From NCBI GenBank assembly GCA_951812525.1, contig OX638316.1:2472506-2536505 (forward strand): 64,000 bases of DNA, in the 5' to 3' direction. This stretch comes from an uncultured Poribacteria bacterium (lineage in GTDB: Bacteria > Poribacteria > WGA-4E > WGA-3G). The position numbers and the translations under genes are program-made. Shown here one piece after another: positions 30,353 through 38,537 of this stretch; positions within the stretch are counted from its first letter, which is position 1; every line of letters begins with the position of its first letter. A model generated the notes under the pieces. It was not told the origin of the DNA. It saw only the letters and a program-made list of their open reading frames with translations, and did not search any database.

Positions 30353-30381
30353 ATTATACTATATTTGTGTTTTAATTGCAA
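30353..30381 (-). promoter_or_regulatory. Consensus sigma-70 promoter TTGCAA-17-TATAAT driving the pyr operon
   Basis: Reading the minus strand: TTGCAA at 30376..30381, a 17-bp spacer, TATAAT at 30353..30358. This leaves a leader of about 185 nt before the pyrR ATG. Confidence 0.55.
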
Positions 30382-30557
30382 ACTTTTTTATCTTCATCAC
30401 AGTTCAAAGAGAAATTGCTATGCGAAGTTCTCCTGTAATCAAGAATGAAGATGGCAAACCTCCCCCATGGCTCCTCAATTTTATCTACGAGACCCTGAAT
30501 GTTTCAACCGTAAGACGGAAGGCAATCAATTTATGGGTCCCGCAGATAGCGTGCTGG

Positions 30558-31340
30558 TTACTGACCTTGCACTGCACTGATTTCATCTTCCGAAATCTTG
30601 TGGACGCTTTTCGGATTAAACGTCTGAGTTGTATCAACGCGTAAGGCAACCTCAATCCTACCACCCGTCAGCACAAAGAACTGGATTAGGAAACCACCAC
30701 CCTGCATTGATTCCACCTGATATTCCTCTTCATCAAGGTCTCCAAGCCACCCTGGTAATGTTTCCTCAAATTTTTGGTGATTGAGGACATCTTCTGGCAG
30801 CGCAATAATCAGGGTGCCTGGAGCATCGCCGATCGCATTGCCAATTACCTTTCGTTTTTCTACCATGAACGGCACAACACAGTTGGCATATTCAAAATCA
30901 TCGACAGTCGTGTATTCCGGCGGCACAAGCCCCCACGTCAGATGATGGATGAACGGATTCCCATATCCTTGGCTAAGCATGTGCTCCAGTGCTGACTTGT
31001 CAACGGGATGTACAACAGCAACGTAGTCGAACCATCCTTCACTGTGTGCCGGACTGTCTGCGGGTAATTGCGCCGAGACATTGATATAATCACAGCCGTC
31101 AACAGGCGATGGGTAGCACCGCGCATCCCACCCGTTGACATAACCGAGTTGTTTCAAACCATCTGCCACCAGATGGGGCGGATCGCAGAAAATCGCAGCG
31201 TGATCCATATTGGGATAAATTTCTACGCCTGCTCCTATGACGCGTTCTGCAACATCGGTCGCCTCCGTGAAACGAAGATCAGCGTTTTCAATTGTCAAAT
31301 AATCGGCAAAATTTGTTGGTAACGTAATTAAGTTTTTCAT
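30558..31340 (-). CDS. Hypothetical protein. Possibly a metalloenzyme-like fold. Any DUF1338/VOC-like assignment is speculative.
   Basis: Start at MKNLITL (ATG at 31340) with GGAGG 6 nt upstream. There are conserved-looking His/Asp clusters (PFIHHLTWG, VAVVHPVD), but I recognise no family with confidence. Confidence 0.4.
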   Translation of the reverse strand: MKNLITLPTNFADYLTIENADLRFTEATDVAERVIGAGVEIYPNMDHAAIFCDPPHLVADGLKQLGYVNGWDARCYPSPVDGCDYINVSAQLPADSPAHSEGWFDYVAVVHPVDKSALEHMLSQGYGNPFIHHLTWGLVPPEYTTVDDFEYANCVVPFMVEKRKVIGNAIGDAPGTLIIALPEDVLNHQKFEETLPGWLGDLDEEEYQVESMQGGGFLIQFFVLTGGRIEVALRVDTTQTFNPKSVHKISEDEISAVQGQ

Positions 31341-31528
31341 GGGAAACCTCCGTCTGCGCCTTGAAAAAAGGAGATTTAGATAAATCAATGAGTCCGACTT
31401 AGATGATACAAGTCTAACAGAAACAGTGATGGTAAGCAAGCCTTTTTTCTTGAAAAAAGTGCATATCTCTGTTAGTGTTAATATGGGCTTTCAAGCTACG
31501 CCCTACACTTAAAACAGAGGAGAAAGTG

Positions 31529-32317
31529 ATGAGAAAAAATACCTTTCGAGAATTGCTAAACGCTGACAAACCCACTGTTGGCACGCATATTCATACAACT
31601 TGGCCCTCCATCGTTGAGGCGATCGGACACACTGGCATGTATGACTACGTCGAATTCGTGGGAGAATACGGTCCGTTCGATCTACACGATTTGGATAACT
31701 TGTGTCGGGCGGCTGAACTTCACAACATCTCGACCATGATCAAGGTCGACCAGGAGCCACGCGGCTTCATTGCACAACGCGCAATCGGTTCTGGCTTTCA
31801 GAGTGTGCTTTACGCCGATTGTCAGAATGTTGATGACGTTAAGGAATGCGTTTGCATCACGCGGGCTGATACCCCTGAAGATGGGGGTAGTTACGGTGTG
31901 GCAACCCGTCGGTTTTCCTATATGGGTTACGGCGGAGGTCCAGAATATGTCCAAGCACTCCGTGATGTTGTTGTTGTTATTATGATTGAGAAAAAAGGCA
32001 CCGTTGATAACATTGAAGAAGTCCTATCTGTCGAAGGCGTTGATATGATCCAGTGGGGCGGTTCGGATTATTCAATGAGTATCGGGAAAGTCGGTCAGCG
32101 CGGTGCTCCTGAAATCCGTGAGGCGCAGGATAGAGTGTTTAAGACCGCCGTAAAGATGGGGGTACCACCACGCGCCGAAATCGGAAGTGCCGACGACGCG
32201 AAACACTATCTTGATATGGGTGTCCGACACTTCTGCATCGGCACAGACATCTCCATTCTCTACAGTTGGTGGCGGGAGGAGGGTGACGGGTTACGGAAGG
32301 CTATTGAAGGACACTAG
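31529..32317 (+). CDS. HpcH/HpaI aldolase / citrate lyase beta-subunit family protein
   Basis: TIM-barrel aldolase motifs (GTHIHT..., MIKVDQEPRG, MIEKKGTVDNIEEV). The start is at MRKNTF, with AGGAG upstream. Confidence 0.8.
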   Translation: MRKNTFRELLNADKPTVGTHIHTTWPSIVEAIGHTGMYDYVEFVGEYGPFDLHDLDNLCRAAELHNISTMIKVDQEPRGFIAQRAIGSGFQSVLYADCQNVDDVKECVCITRADTPEDGGSYGVATRRFSYMGYGGGPEYVQALRDVVVVIMIEKKGTVDNIEEVLSVEGVDMIQWGGSDYSMSIGKVGQRGAPEIREAQDRVFKTAVKMGVPPRAEIGSADDAKHYLDMGVRHFCIGTDISILYSWWREEGDGLRKAIEGH

Positions 32318-32327
32318 CAGAGTCGTC

Positions 32328-32408
32328 AGTTGTCGGTTGTCAGTTAAAGAGGACTTTGGTTCAAAACCCACCTCTTAACTGACCACTGATAACCGATAAC
32401 CGACAACT
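32328..32408. repeat. Long compound inverted repeat between convergent genes
   Basis: The left arm AGTTGTCGGTTGTCAGTTAAAGAGG pairs with the right arm CCTCTTAACTGACCACTGATAACCGATAACCGACAACT. There is an 18-nt loop. Internal tandem heptamers occur in both arms (GTTGTCG/GTTGTCA on the left, ATAACCG x2 on the right). Confidence 0.6.
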
Positions 32409-32409
32409 A

Positions 32410-33138
32410 TTAAAGCATCGCTTGCATCTTTTCCGCAACCCAATCCACTGCCACATCAATCATCGCTTGCCCTTTCTCAACCGTCGCTAACTTGGCTTGA
32501 TGGTGATATTCTCGGTCAGATTTCGCCTGTCCTTCGTTAGAGATGGTGAGTTTCGCGCTGTCGTAATCCACGCCGTTCCAATCAACGTTTTCTACAAAAG
32601 CGGCGAGCGCAAACGCTGTCTCAAATTCCGCCGCGTGCCCAGGGCAAACACCCGATTCCATCTGCTCTTTAACCAACGCTTCGGTGTATGCTTCCCAGTA
32701 GGAATGAAATGCGATGTTGATGCCAAGTTTTTCTCGGTAACCATCTAATCGCTCATGCACTGGACCAGAGTTTCCAGCGTGTCCGTTGACAATCAGGATA
32801 TTATCAATACCGTGCCGACGCATGCTATCGGCAACGTCATAAAGCACTTCGCCGAAGACCTCTGGACGGAGCGTGAGCGTGCCCTTGTGGTCCATCCAGT
32901 GTTCAGATACACCGATCGCTAAAGGTGTTGTGACAATAACCTGTGGGAACAACTTTTCGGCTGCTAATTTGGATACATGCACTGCGCTTTGTGTATCGTG
33001 ATACATCGCTAAGTGTTCGTTATGTTGCTCTGTACTTCCTGTCGGAATGATCGCGCCTTTGAGGGTGCCAGCATCAATCGCCTCTCGGACATAACGCCGT
33101 TGGTTTTCCCAAAGTAGCACAGATTTGATTTGAGACAT
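32410..33138 (-). CDS. Creatininase-family amidohydrolase (creatinine amidohydrolase / MftE-like family)
   Basis: The segment IPTGSTEQHNEHLAM...HWMDHKGTLTL...HAGNSG carries the creatininase-family metal-binding residues. Confidence 0.85.
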   Translation of the reverse strand: MSQIKSVLLWENQRRYVREAIDAGTLKGAIIPTGSTEQHNEHLAMYHDTQSAVHVSKLAAEKLFPQVIVTTPLAIGVSEHWMDHKGTLTLRPEVFGEVLYDVADSMRRHGIDNILIVNGHAGNSGPVHERLDGYREKLGINIAFHSYWEAYTEALVKEQMESGVCPGHAAEFETAFALAAFVENVDWNGVDYDSAKLTISNEGQAKSDREYHHQAKLATVEKGQAMIDVAVDWVAEKMQAML

Positions 33139-33141
33139 AGT

Positions 33142-34185
33142 CTACCTCCGCTGTTTCGGTAGGACACCACACCTACCAAGTGTGTTTCGGATAGCTGCAA
33201 TTCCGTCTTCCATTAATTCCCGGTTCGGTGGTAAGTAGTCTTGCAAGCTTTCCCAGTCGTATGCGTTCTGCTTCGCGTCGTTGTTTTTAAAAAGAATCTT
33301 AGTGCCGTAATCGCGGATTTCGTTAATCGTCCACTCATAGATGTAGAAACCGAAAATGTCCGCGTGTAGGGTGATGTTGCTTTGTCTCTCTGCGAGATAG
33401 CGTTCCAAAACCACCTCAAACCGTTCCTCTGTGAAAGAGACTAAGTCTTTTTCAGGAGGACCTAAGCAGACACCATCCCAATCAATCAAGTGAAGTCGGT
33501 TTTCAGGATCCAGAATAAGATTGCCGGGGGTCGGGTCGCCGTGTGTGATGACGAATGGGGTTTGTAGTGCTCCTGCTGAACGTCCGAGGCTATCATATCT
33601 ATCTAATGTCTCCGAGACAGCGGATTGATGCTGTGTGAGTGCTTCGAGTAGCTGTTTCTGGTATTGGTTCTGAGACTGTATCTCTTTTGCTGGTGCCTCA
33701 AGTACTGTGTGAAGTTCATGTCGTAAAGGTAAGTCATACTTTGCGACTGTGAGGTAATTAGATGCAATTGTCCTTGGACATTCGTGGATTGCCGCCAGCA
33801 ACGCCCCCGTTTGTGATAGTTCTGTATCGGTGAAATCCTTTTCAACTTTCCACAAATCCCAACGACTTTTGCCCTCAATGAACGGAAACAGCGAGACACG
33901 AAAATCTTGCCACGGAACACTGATTGTTCCGTCCTGCGTTTCCAATGGAGCGACAACACCCGGTATATTGCATCTGTGCCGCAAAAGAGATGCTACGTGC
34001 AAACGGCTATCTGGTACAGAAGTTGAGGCTTTGACAAAATACTTTTTACCTGTCTCGGAAACAACAATGTAGCCGTAACTATCTTCGCCTTCGGGGAAAA
34101 AGGTGATGGATTGCAAAGGTAGATCGTAAGCAGTCCTGAGATGTTGTAGTAATTCCCTTTTATCAAAGGTGTTATCAACTTTCAT
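33142..34185 (-). CDS. Phosphotransferase enzyme family protein (APH/choline-kinase-like kinase fold)
   Basis: Brenner motif and catalytic loop HGDPTPGNLIL...IDWDGVCLGPPEKDL. Confidence 0.8.
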   Translation of the reverse strand: MKVDNTFDKRELLQHLRTAYDLPLQSITFFPEGEDSYGYIVVSETGKKYFVKASTSVPDSRLHVASLLRHRCNIPGVVAPLETQDGTISVPWQDFRVSLFPFIEGKSRWDLWKVEKDFTDTELSQTGALLAAIHECPRTIASNYLTVAKYDLPLRHELHTVLEAPAKEIQSQNQYQKQLLEALTQHQSAVSETLDRYDSLGRSAGALQTPFVITHGDPTPGNLILDPENRLHLIDWDGVCLGPPEKDLVSFTEERFEVVLERYLAERQSNITLHADIFGFYIYEWTINEIRDYGTKILFKNNDAKQNAYDWESLQDYLPPNRELMEDGIAAIRNTLGRCGVLPKQRR

Positions 34186-34198
34186 AAGCGAGATCTAC

Positions 34199-34639
34199 TT
34201 AATCTGCTGAAGGCGATGCCACTTTCTGGAGAACCACTTTACTCGGACTACTTAACTCTAAAGCCTTGGCGATGTTTCCCATGTTAATCGCAATTTTGAA
34301 ATTTTTCGTAGAGGTCGAAAACCGTCCCAAATACTCCCCTTCAGGCACATCCCCATAGTTTTCAACGTATTTTATCTGAATTTTCTGACCTGTTGCAAAC
34401 GTTGCTTCAAGCATGTCACCTAGTTTCCAGCCCTGTTCGGTAAACGGCGCAATTTCCAGATCAGTCACAGCATTACCGTGGTCATCGATTGCAGTAATTG
34501 TTCCAGAGAGCGATGTTGTTTGAGAAACCTCCGGCGCACTCGTTTTTTGACTGCATCCAATAAGGAGTGCTGTGGTCATAAAGACGGCTATGAGTGCCAA
34601 CCGCCGATTGTGCACACAGAATTGATGGTAGAAATTCAC
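34199..34639 (-). CDS. Lipoprotein whose mature part resembles the C-terminal domain of SAM hydroxide adenosyltransferase (DUF62-C-like)
   Basis: Lipobox LLIGC. GTITAIDDHGNAVTDL and ...YLGRFSTSTKNFKIAINMGNIAKAL resemble the xIDxFGNxxTN ... GSSGxLEIAxNxGxAA pattern of the DUF62/fluorinase-family C-terminal domain. The N-terminal SAM-binding domain is absent. Confidence 0.4.
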   Translation of the reverse strand: MNFYHQFCVHNRRLALIAVFMTTALLIGCSQKTSAPEVSQTTSLSGTITAIDDHGNAVTDLEIAPFTEQGWKLGDMLEATFATGQKIQIKYVENYGDVPEGEYLGRFSTSTKNFKIAINMGNIAKALELSSPSKVVLQKVASPSAD

Positions 34640-34731
34640 TATGATACCTCCATAAATCTTTTTTAAACTACGTTAAGTATAGTAGAAAGACAGGCAAATG
34701 TCAAGCGGAAGTAAATAGACAATTCAGTTTG

Positions 34732-34760
34732 ACATATAAGCGGGTTTGTGCTATTTTCTT
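34732..34760 (+). promoter_or_regulatory. Candidate sigma-70 promoter TTGACA-17-TATTTT upstream of the EEP-family gene
   Basis: TTGACA at 34732..34737, a 17-bp spacer, then TATTTT at 34755..34760. Confidence 0.35.
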
Positions 34761-34862
34761 TTTCGTATGATTTCTTTACATTCAATAGAAATTCTATATC
34801 AATTGCGGTCGAAGGTCACCTATTATCAAAGTAACCTCAGTTTAAAAATTGAGACGTTGGAG

Positions 34863-35984
34863 ATGAATATGTCGAAAACAATGAATCTTTATGGAAAATT
34901 TTTGAAACCTATAAGTTCCGTCAAAATCGTGATTCTGTTATTTGGGATCCTGTTGAGTTTTTCTGGCTGTGAAAAAATACAAATGCCAATGTTACCAGAT
35001 ACCAGCACTCCAGATGCAGAACCACTGATAGTGATGACCTATAACGTTTACGTCGGTAGCAGTGCAGAACCACTTTTGACCGTAGAGAATGTCTTACAAG
35101 TCCCGACAGAGGTTGCTAACATGTACAACAACGTTATAGCATCCGATTTTCCAGGACGTGCTGCGGCTATCGCCAAATCTATAAAAGCATATCAGCCACA
35201 CGTCGTCGGCTTACAGGAAATTTCACTAATTCGCCAACAAAGTCCAGGTGATCGAATTGCCGGAGGGACTGTCCCTGCTGAAGAAGTTGTCATGGATTTT
35301 CTCCAAATCTTAATGGACGCACTTCAAGCGGAGGGTTTAGATTATCAAGTCGCTGCCCAAATTCAAAACATAGATGTCGAAATGCCTATGTTCGCGGATA
35401 CCGGAATTGTTGATGTGCGCTTAACCGATTTTGACGTCCTATTGACGCGCGGTGATGTCGCGATATCACGTGCGGCGAGCGAAAACTATGCAAATGTCCT
35501 TACAATCGATATGCTTGCTCTTGAAGTCCATAGGGGTTATACCGCCATAGATGCTACTGTTGCTGGTGTTACTTACCGCGTCGTTAATACACACTTAGAA
35601 GCGTTCGCGCAAGAAAATCGGGTTGCACAAACGCAAGAACTGGTCGATATTCTTAGTGACGAAACCTTGCCGGTTATCCTGTTGGGGGATTTCAATACGG
35701 CAGCACCCGACGGCACCGGTTATCAGATTTTCCTATCGGCGGGATATGTTGACGTTTGGCAGATGGATTCTGAAGGAACTGGCAAAACCTGTTGTCAGGA
35801 CGACGACATCCTGAATGAAGTGAGTGATCTCTCTAAACGGATTGACTTGATTTTTGTGCGTAATCTGGAGCTTCCTACTTCTGTTTTGACGCACACTGTA
35901 GGCGATACACCGTCAGAACGGTTAGACTCTGGATTGTGGCCCTCTGATCACGCTGGTGTTGTTGCACATCTCGCATTTGAGTAG
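34863..35984 (+). CDS. Endonuclease/exonuclease/phosphatase (EEP) family lipoprotein
   Basis: Start at ATG 34863 with a GGAG ribosome-binding site. Signal and lipobox LLSFSGC. EEP motifs LGDFNT and WPSDHAGVVAHL. Confidence 0.8.
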   Translation: MNMSKTMNLYGKFLKPISSVKIVILLFGILLSFSGCEKIQMPMLPDTSTPDAEPLIVMTYNVYVGSSAEPLLTVENVLQVPTEVANMYNNVIASDFPGRAAAIAKSIKAYQPHVVGLQEISLIRQQSPGDRIAGGTVPAEEVVMDFLQILMDALQAEGLDYQVAAQIQNIDVEMPMFADTGIVDVRLTDFDVLLTRGDVAISRAASENYANVLTIDMLALEVHRGYTAIDATVAGVTYRVVNTHLEAFAQENRVAQTQELVDILSDETLPVILLGDFNTAAPDGTGYQIFLSAGYVDVWQMDSEGTGKTCCQDDDILNEVSDLSKRIDLIFVRNLELPTSVLTHTVGDTPSERLDSGLWPSDHAGVVAHLAFE

Positions 35985-36004
35985 GACAAAATCGTTTGAC
36001 TATC

Positions 36005-36066
36005 TAAAAAAACAGAGCGCGATGCGACCGGATTTGAAAATCTGTTGCATCGCGCTTTCCGTTTAA
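36005..36066. terminator. Bidirectional rho-independent terminator between convergent genes
   Basis: A-run, then a 10-bp stem AGCGCGATGC ... GCATCGCGCT (36016..36056), then TTTCCGTTT. Confidence 0.55.
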
Positions 36067-36078
36067 TCGAATACGTCC

Positions 36079-37266
36079 CTACTCGAAAATCTCAAGTTTG
36101 CCATTTTTAACAATTAGGACAACCGGATCATAAATCGCGTCTCCGTTGGGATCGAAAGAAAATTTACCTAAAATGGTGTCAAAATCTTTGATACCAGCAA
36201 GCGCAGCAGCAATCGCCTCTGAATCCGTTGATTGAGTGTTCCTGATCGCTTCCGCCAGGATATAAACAGCAGCATACGATTGTGCTGCCCAAACGCTGGG
36301 TTCCATACCGTATTTCGCGGTGTAATTCTGAACAAAGGTTTGATTTCCTGGCGTATCTGCCGTGCTGACCCAACTCGTAAAGGTGATCGCACCCTCAGCA
36401 GCGTCTCCTGCACTTCGGATCTCATCTATGGACAGGACGTGAGAAATAAATGGAATATCAGTAGGAATCCCTAATTCGCGTCCTTGCATGAGAATCTTAA
36501 TAACCTCTATTTGCTGGGCAGAAATAAAAATCGCGTCCGGATTTAACGCCTTTATCCGAGTTAATTGGGCGGAAAAGTCGGTATCACCAGTCGCGAAAGT
36601 CTCCGTCGTTAGCACCTCAACACCGTTTTCGGCAAAGACTTTTCTATGTACTTCATCGCTAACTCGGGAAGCGAAGTCAACCGTATCTGCTATTGTTGCT
36701 ACACGCTGGTAGCCGAGTTTCTCCTGTGTCACCCTTATCCCCTCAGGAATCAATACATCCGTAGAATGACTTGCTCGAAAGATAAACTCGCCAATTTCAG
36801 TCAAACCAGCAGCCACGACGACTGGACTAAATGCCACAACTCGGTTTTCTTCTGCAATTGGAAAAACGGATTTGGCAACATGTGATGTCCAGACACCGAG
36901 GATAGCAGGTACTTTATCTTGATGGATTAACTTGTTAAAAGCTTCAATAGCACCTTCTACGGTGCTCATGTCGTCCTCAACAATGAACTTAAGGGTTACA
37001 CCGCCGAGCAGCTGGGATTGATTAATTTCTTCAAGTGCCATATTGAAGCTATTTTCCATCACCAACGCGCCCGGTCCAAATTCACCTGGTCCCAAATCTC
37101 CTGTCTGCGGAAGGGCGACACCAATGGAAATTTCTTCACTGAGATCTTTCGATTGAGTGGAAGGATTGACAACTTGCTCTATTCGTTCGCAGCCAATCAG
37201 ACCCACAACTAGTAGCGCAGTAATAATGAAGATGAAGATAGAGGATATGCAATTTATGATTTTCAT
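36079..37266 (-). CDS. ABC transporter substrate-binding lipoprotein, branched-chain amino acid (Leu/Ile/Val)-binding family (type 1 periplasmic binding protein)
   Basis: Lipobox LIGC and a PBP1 fold (GVALPQTGDLGPGE..., VAFSPVVVAAG). Confidence 0.85.
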   Translation of the reverse strand: MKIINCISSIFIFIITALLVVGLIGCERIEQVVNPSTQSKDLSEEISIGVALPQTGDLGPGEFGPGALVMENSFNMALEEINQSQLLGGVTLKFIVEDDMSTVEGAIEAFNKLIHQDKVPAILGVWTSHVAKSVFPIAEENRVVAFSPVVVAAGLTEIGEFIFRASHSTDVLIPEGIRVTQEKLGYQRVATIADTVDFASRVSDEVHRKVFAENGVEVLTTETFATGDTDFSAQLTRIKALNPDAIFISAQQIEVIKILMQGRELGIPTDIPFISHVLSIDEIRSAGDAAEGAITFTSWVSTADTPGNQTFVQNYTAKYGMEPSVWAAQSYAAVYILAEAIRNTQSTDSEAIAAALAGIKDFDTILGKFSFDPNGDAIYDPVVLIVKNGKLEIFE

Positions 37267-37367
37267 TTTAATTTTTCCTATCCATGAGGATTTAACAATG
37301 TACGAGTTCTCACCGAAATGAGAACTTGCATACTATTTCAAATAGAACTATATTTAAAAATAACTGT

Positions 37368-38537
37368 CTACTCAGGTCCACTAATTTCAAACGTCGTTTC
37401 AGTTGTGTAAGCTTTCACTTGTCCACCAACAATTTGGAATACACCAACACTTTTGACGGGATGGCGGTTCGCATCGAAATGAGAGATACTCGTGGCACCT
37501 TCGTAGTCAGTGATCGCAGCGATTGCATCCCGGATAGCCATTGGATTTGTCGAACCCGCTGCCTCAATTGCGATTGCCAAGATTTTCATGGCATCGTAGC
37601 CGGATGCAGCAATTCCATTGGCAGGATTCTCAAACATCGATTCGTATGCAGAGATAAATTCTACATCATCTGGATCGAAGTTCGTACAATAGTAGGTATT
37701 TTCCAGAGGTGCGTTGTCTTCCAGAATCTCAAACATCAGCGAATCGTCCATGCCATCGCTACCAATAAAGACGGATTCAATGCCCATATCCCTCGCCTGT
37801 TTCATTATGAGTGGATTGGCTGGTGGGAAACTTGCGAGAAAGAGTACATCTGGGTTGGCTTCCTTGATTGCCGTGAGTTGCATATCAAACGTTGTATCTC
37901 CAGATTCATACATTTCCTTAACAACAATGGTACCACCAAGTTCCATGAAATTGGCATCAAATGCTTCAACAAAGCCGATGGAATAGACGTCCTCGTTCTG
38001 CCAAATCATTGCAGCGGTTTCTGCACCGAGTTCATTCACTGCGAACTGCGCCATAAGTTTTGCCTGCAACGCGTTAGAACTCGCCACGAGGAAGAGAAAA
38101 TCTCCGGTTTCCGTTACATTCGCTCCTGTTGCGCCTAAAAGGACCGGAATAGTGGCAATCGGTCCAACTTTCACAGCATGGCTCGAAAACAGGGGACCCA
38201 AGAGTGCTACAACTTTTTCCTCTTCAATTAACTCCATTGCGGATTGAACAACATCTTCCGAGAGTTCTTCTCTATAGACAAATTCAACCTGCATGCCGAG
38301 GACACCACCGGCTTGGTTGATCTCGGATAGAGCGAGTTCCGCACCTTCACCAAAACTGAAGTAAAGTGGATAAGGACGAATCACTCCCACTTTCAGTGTG
38401 GGCATAGTCTCGGTATCAGACGGAGCCACCATCTCTTCTGTCATCCCCATGCCACGCATCCGATCACACCCAGACAGCAACGCCACTGTGAGTGAAAGGA
38501 ATACGCATAGCATCAAACTAAAAATTTTAGTATTCAT
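37368..38537 (-). CDS. ABC transporter substrate-binding lipoprotein, branched-chain amino acid-binding family (a paralogue of the previous gene)
   Basis: Lipobox LSGC and a PBP1 fold. AAGGAG ribosome-binding site upstream. Confidence 0.85.
   Translation of the reverse strand: MNTKIFSLMLCVFLSLTVALLSGCDRMRGMGMTEEMVAPSDTETMPTLKVGVIRPYPLYFSFGEGAELALSEINQAGGVLGMQVEFVYREELSEDVVQSAMELIEEEKVVALLGPLFSSHAVKVGPIATIPVLLGATGANVTETGDFLFLVASSNALQAKLMAQFAVNELGAETAAMIWQNEDVYSIGFVEAFDANFMELGGTIVVKEMYESGDTTFDMQLTAIKEANPDVLFLASFPPANPLIMKQARDMGIESVFIGSDGMDDSLMFEILEDNAPLENTYYCTNFDPDDVEFISAYESMFENPANGIAASGYDAMKILAIAIEAAGSTNPMAIRDAIAAITDYEGATSISHFDANRHPVKSVGVFQIVGGQVKAYTTETTFEISGPE

Noticed and set aside
30420-30644. 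74-aa ORF on the plus strand between pyrR and the next gene
   Set aside because: It lies within the pyr promoter/leader region and overlaps the 3' end of the minus-strand gene 30558..31340. It has no ribosome-binding site and no recognisable domain. It is most likely a chance ORF.
32350-32375. tRNA T-arm-like sequence GGTTCAAAACC
   Set aside because: Only 2 to 3 bp of flanking T-stem can pair. There is no acceptor stem or CCA context. The sequence is part of the compound inverted repeat, not a tRNA.
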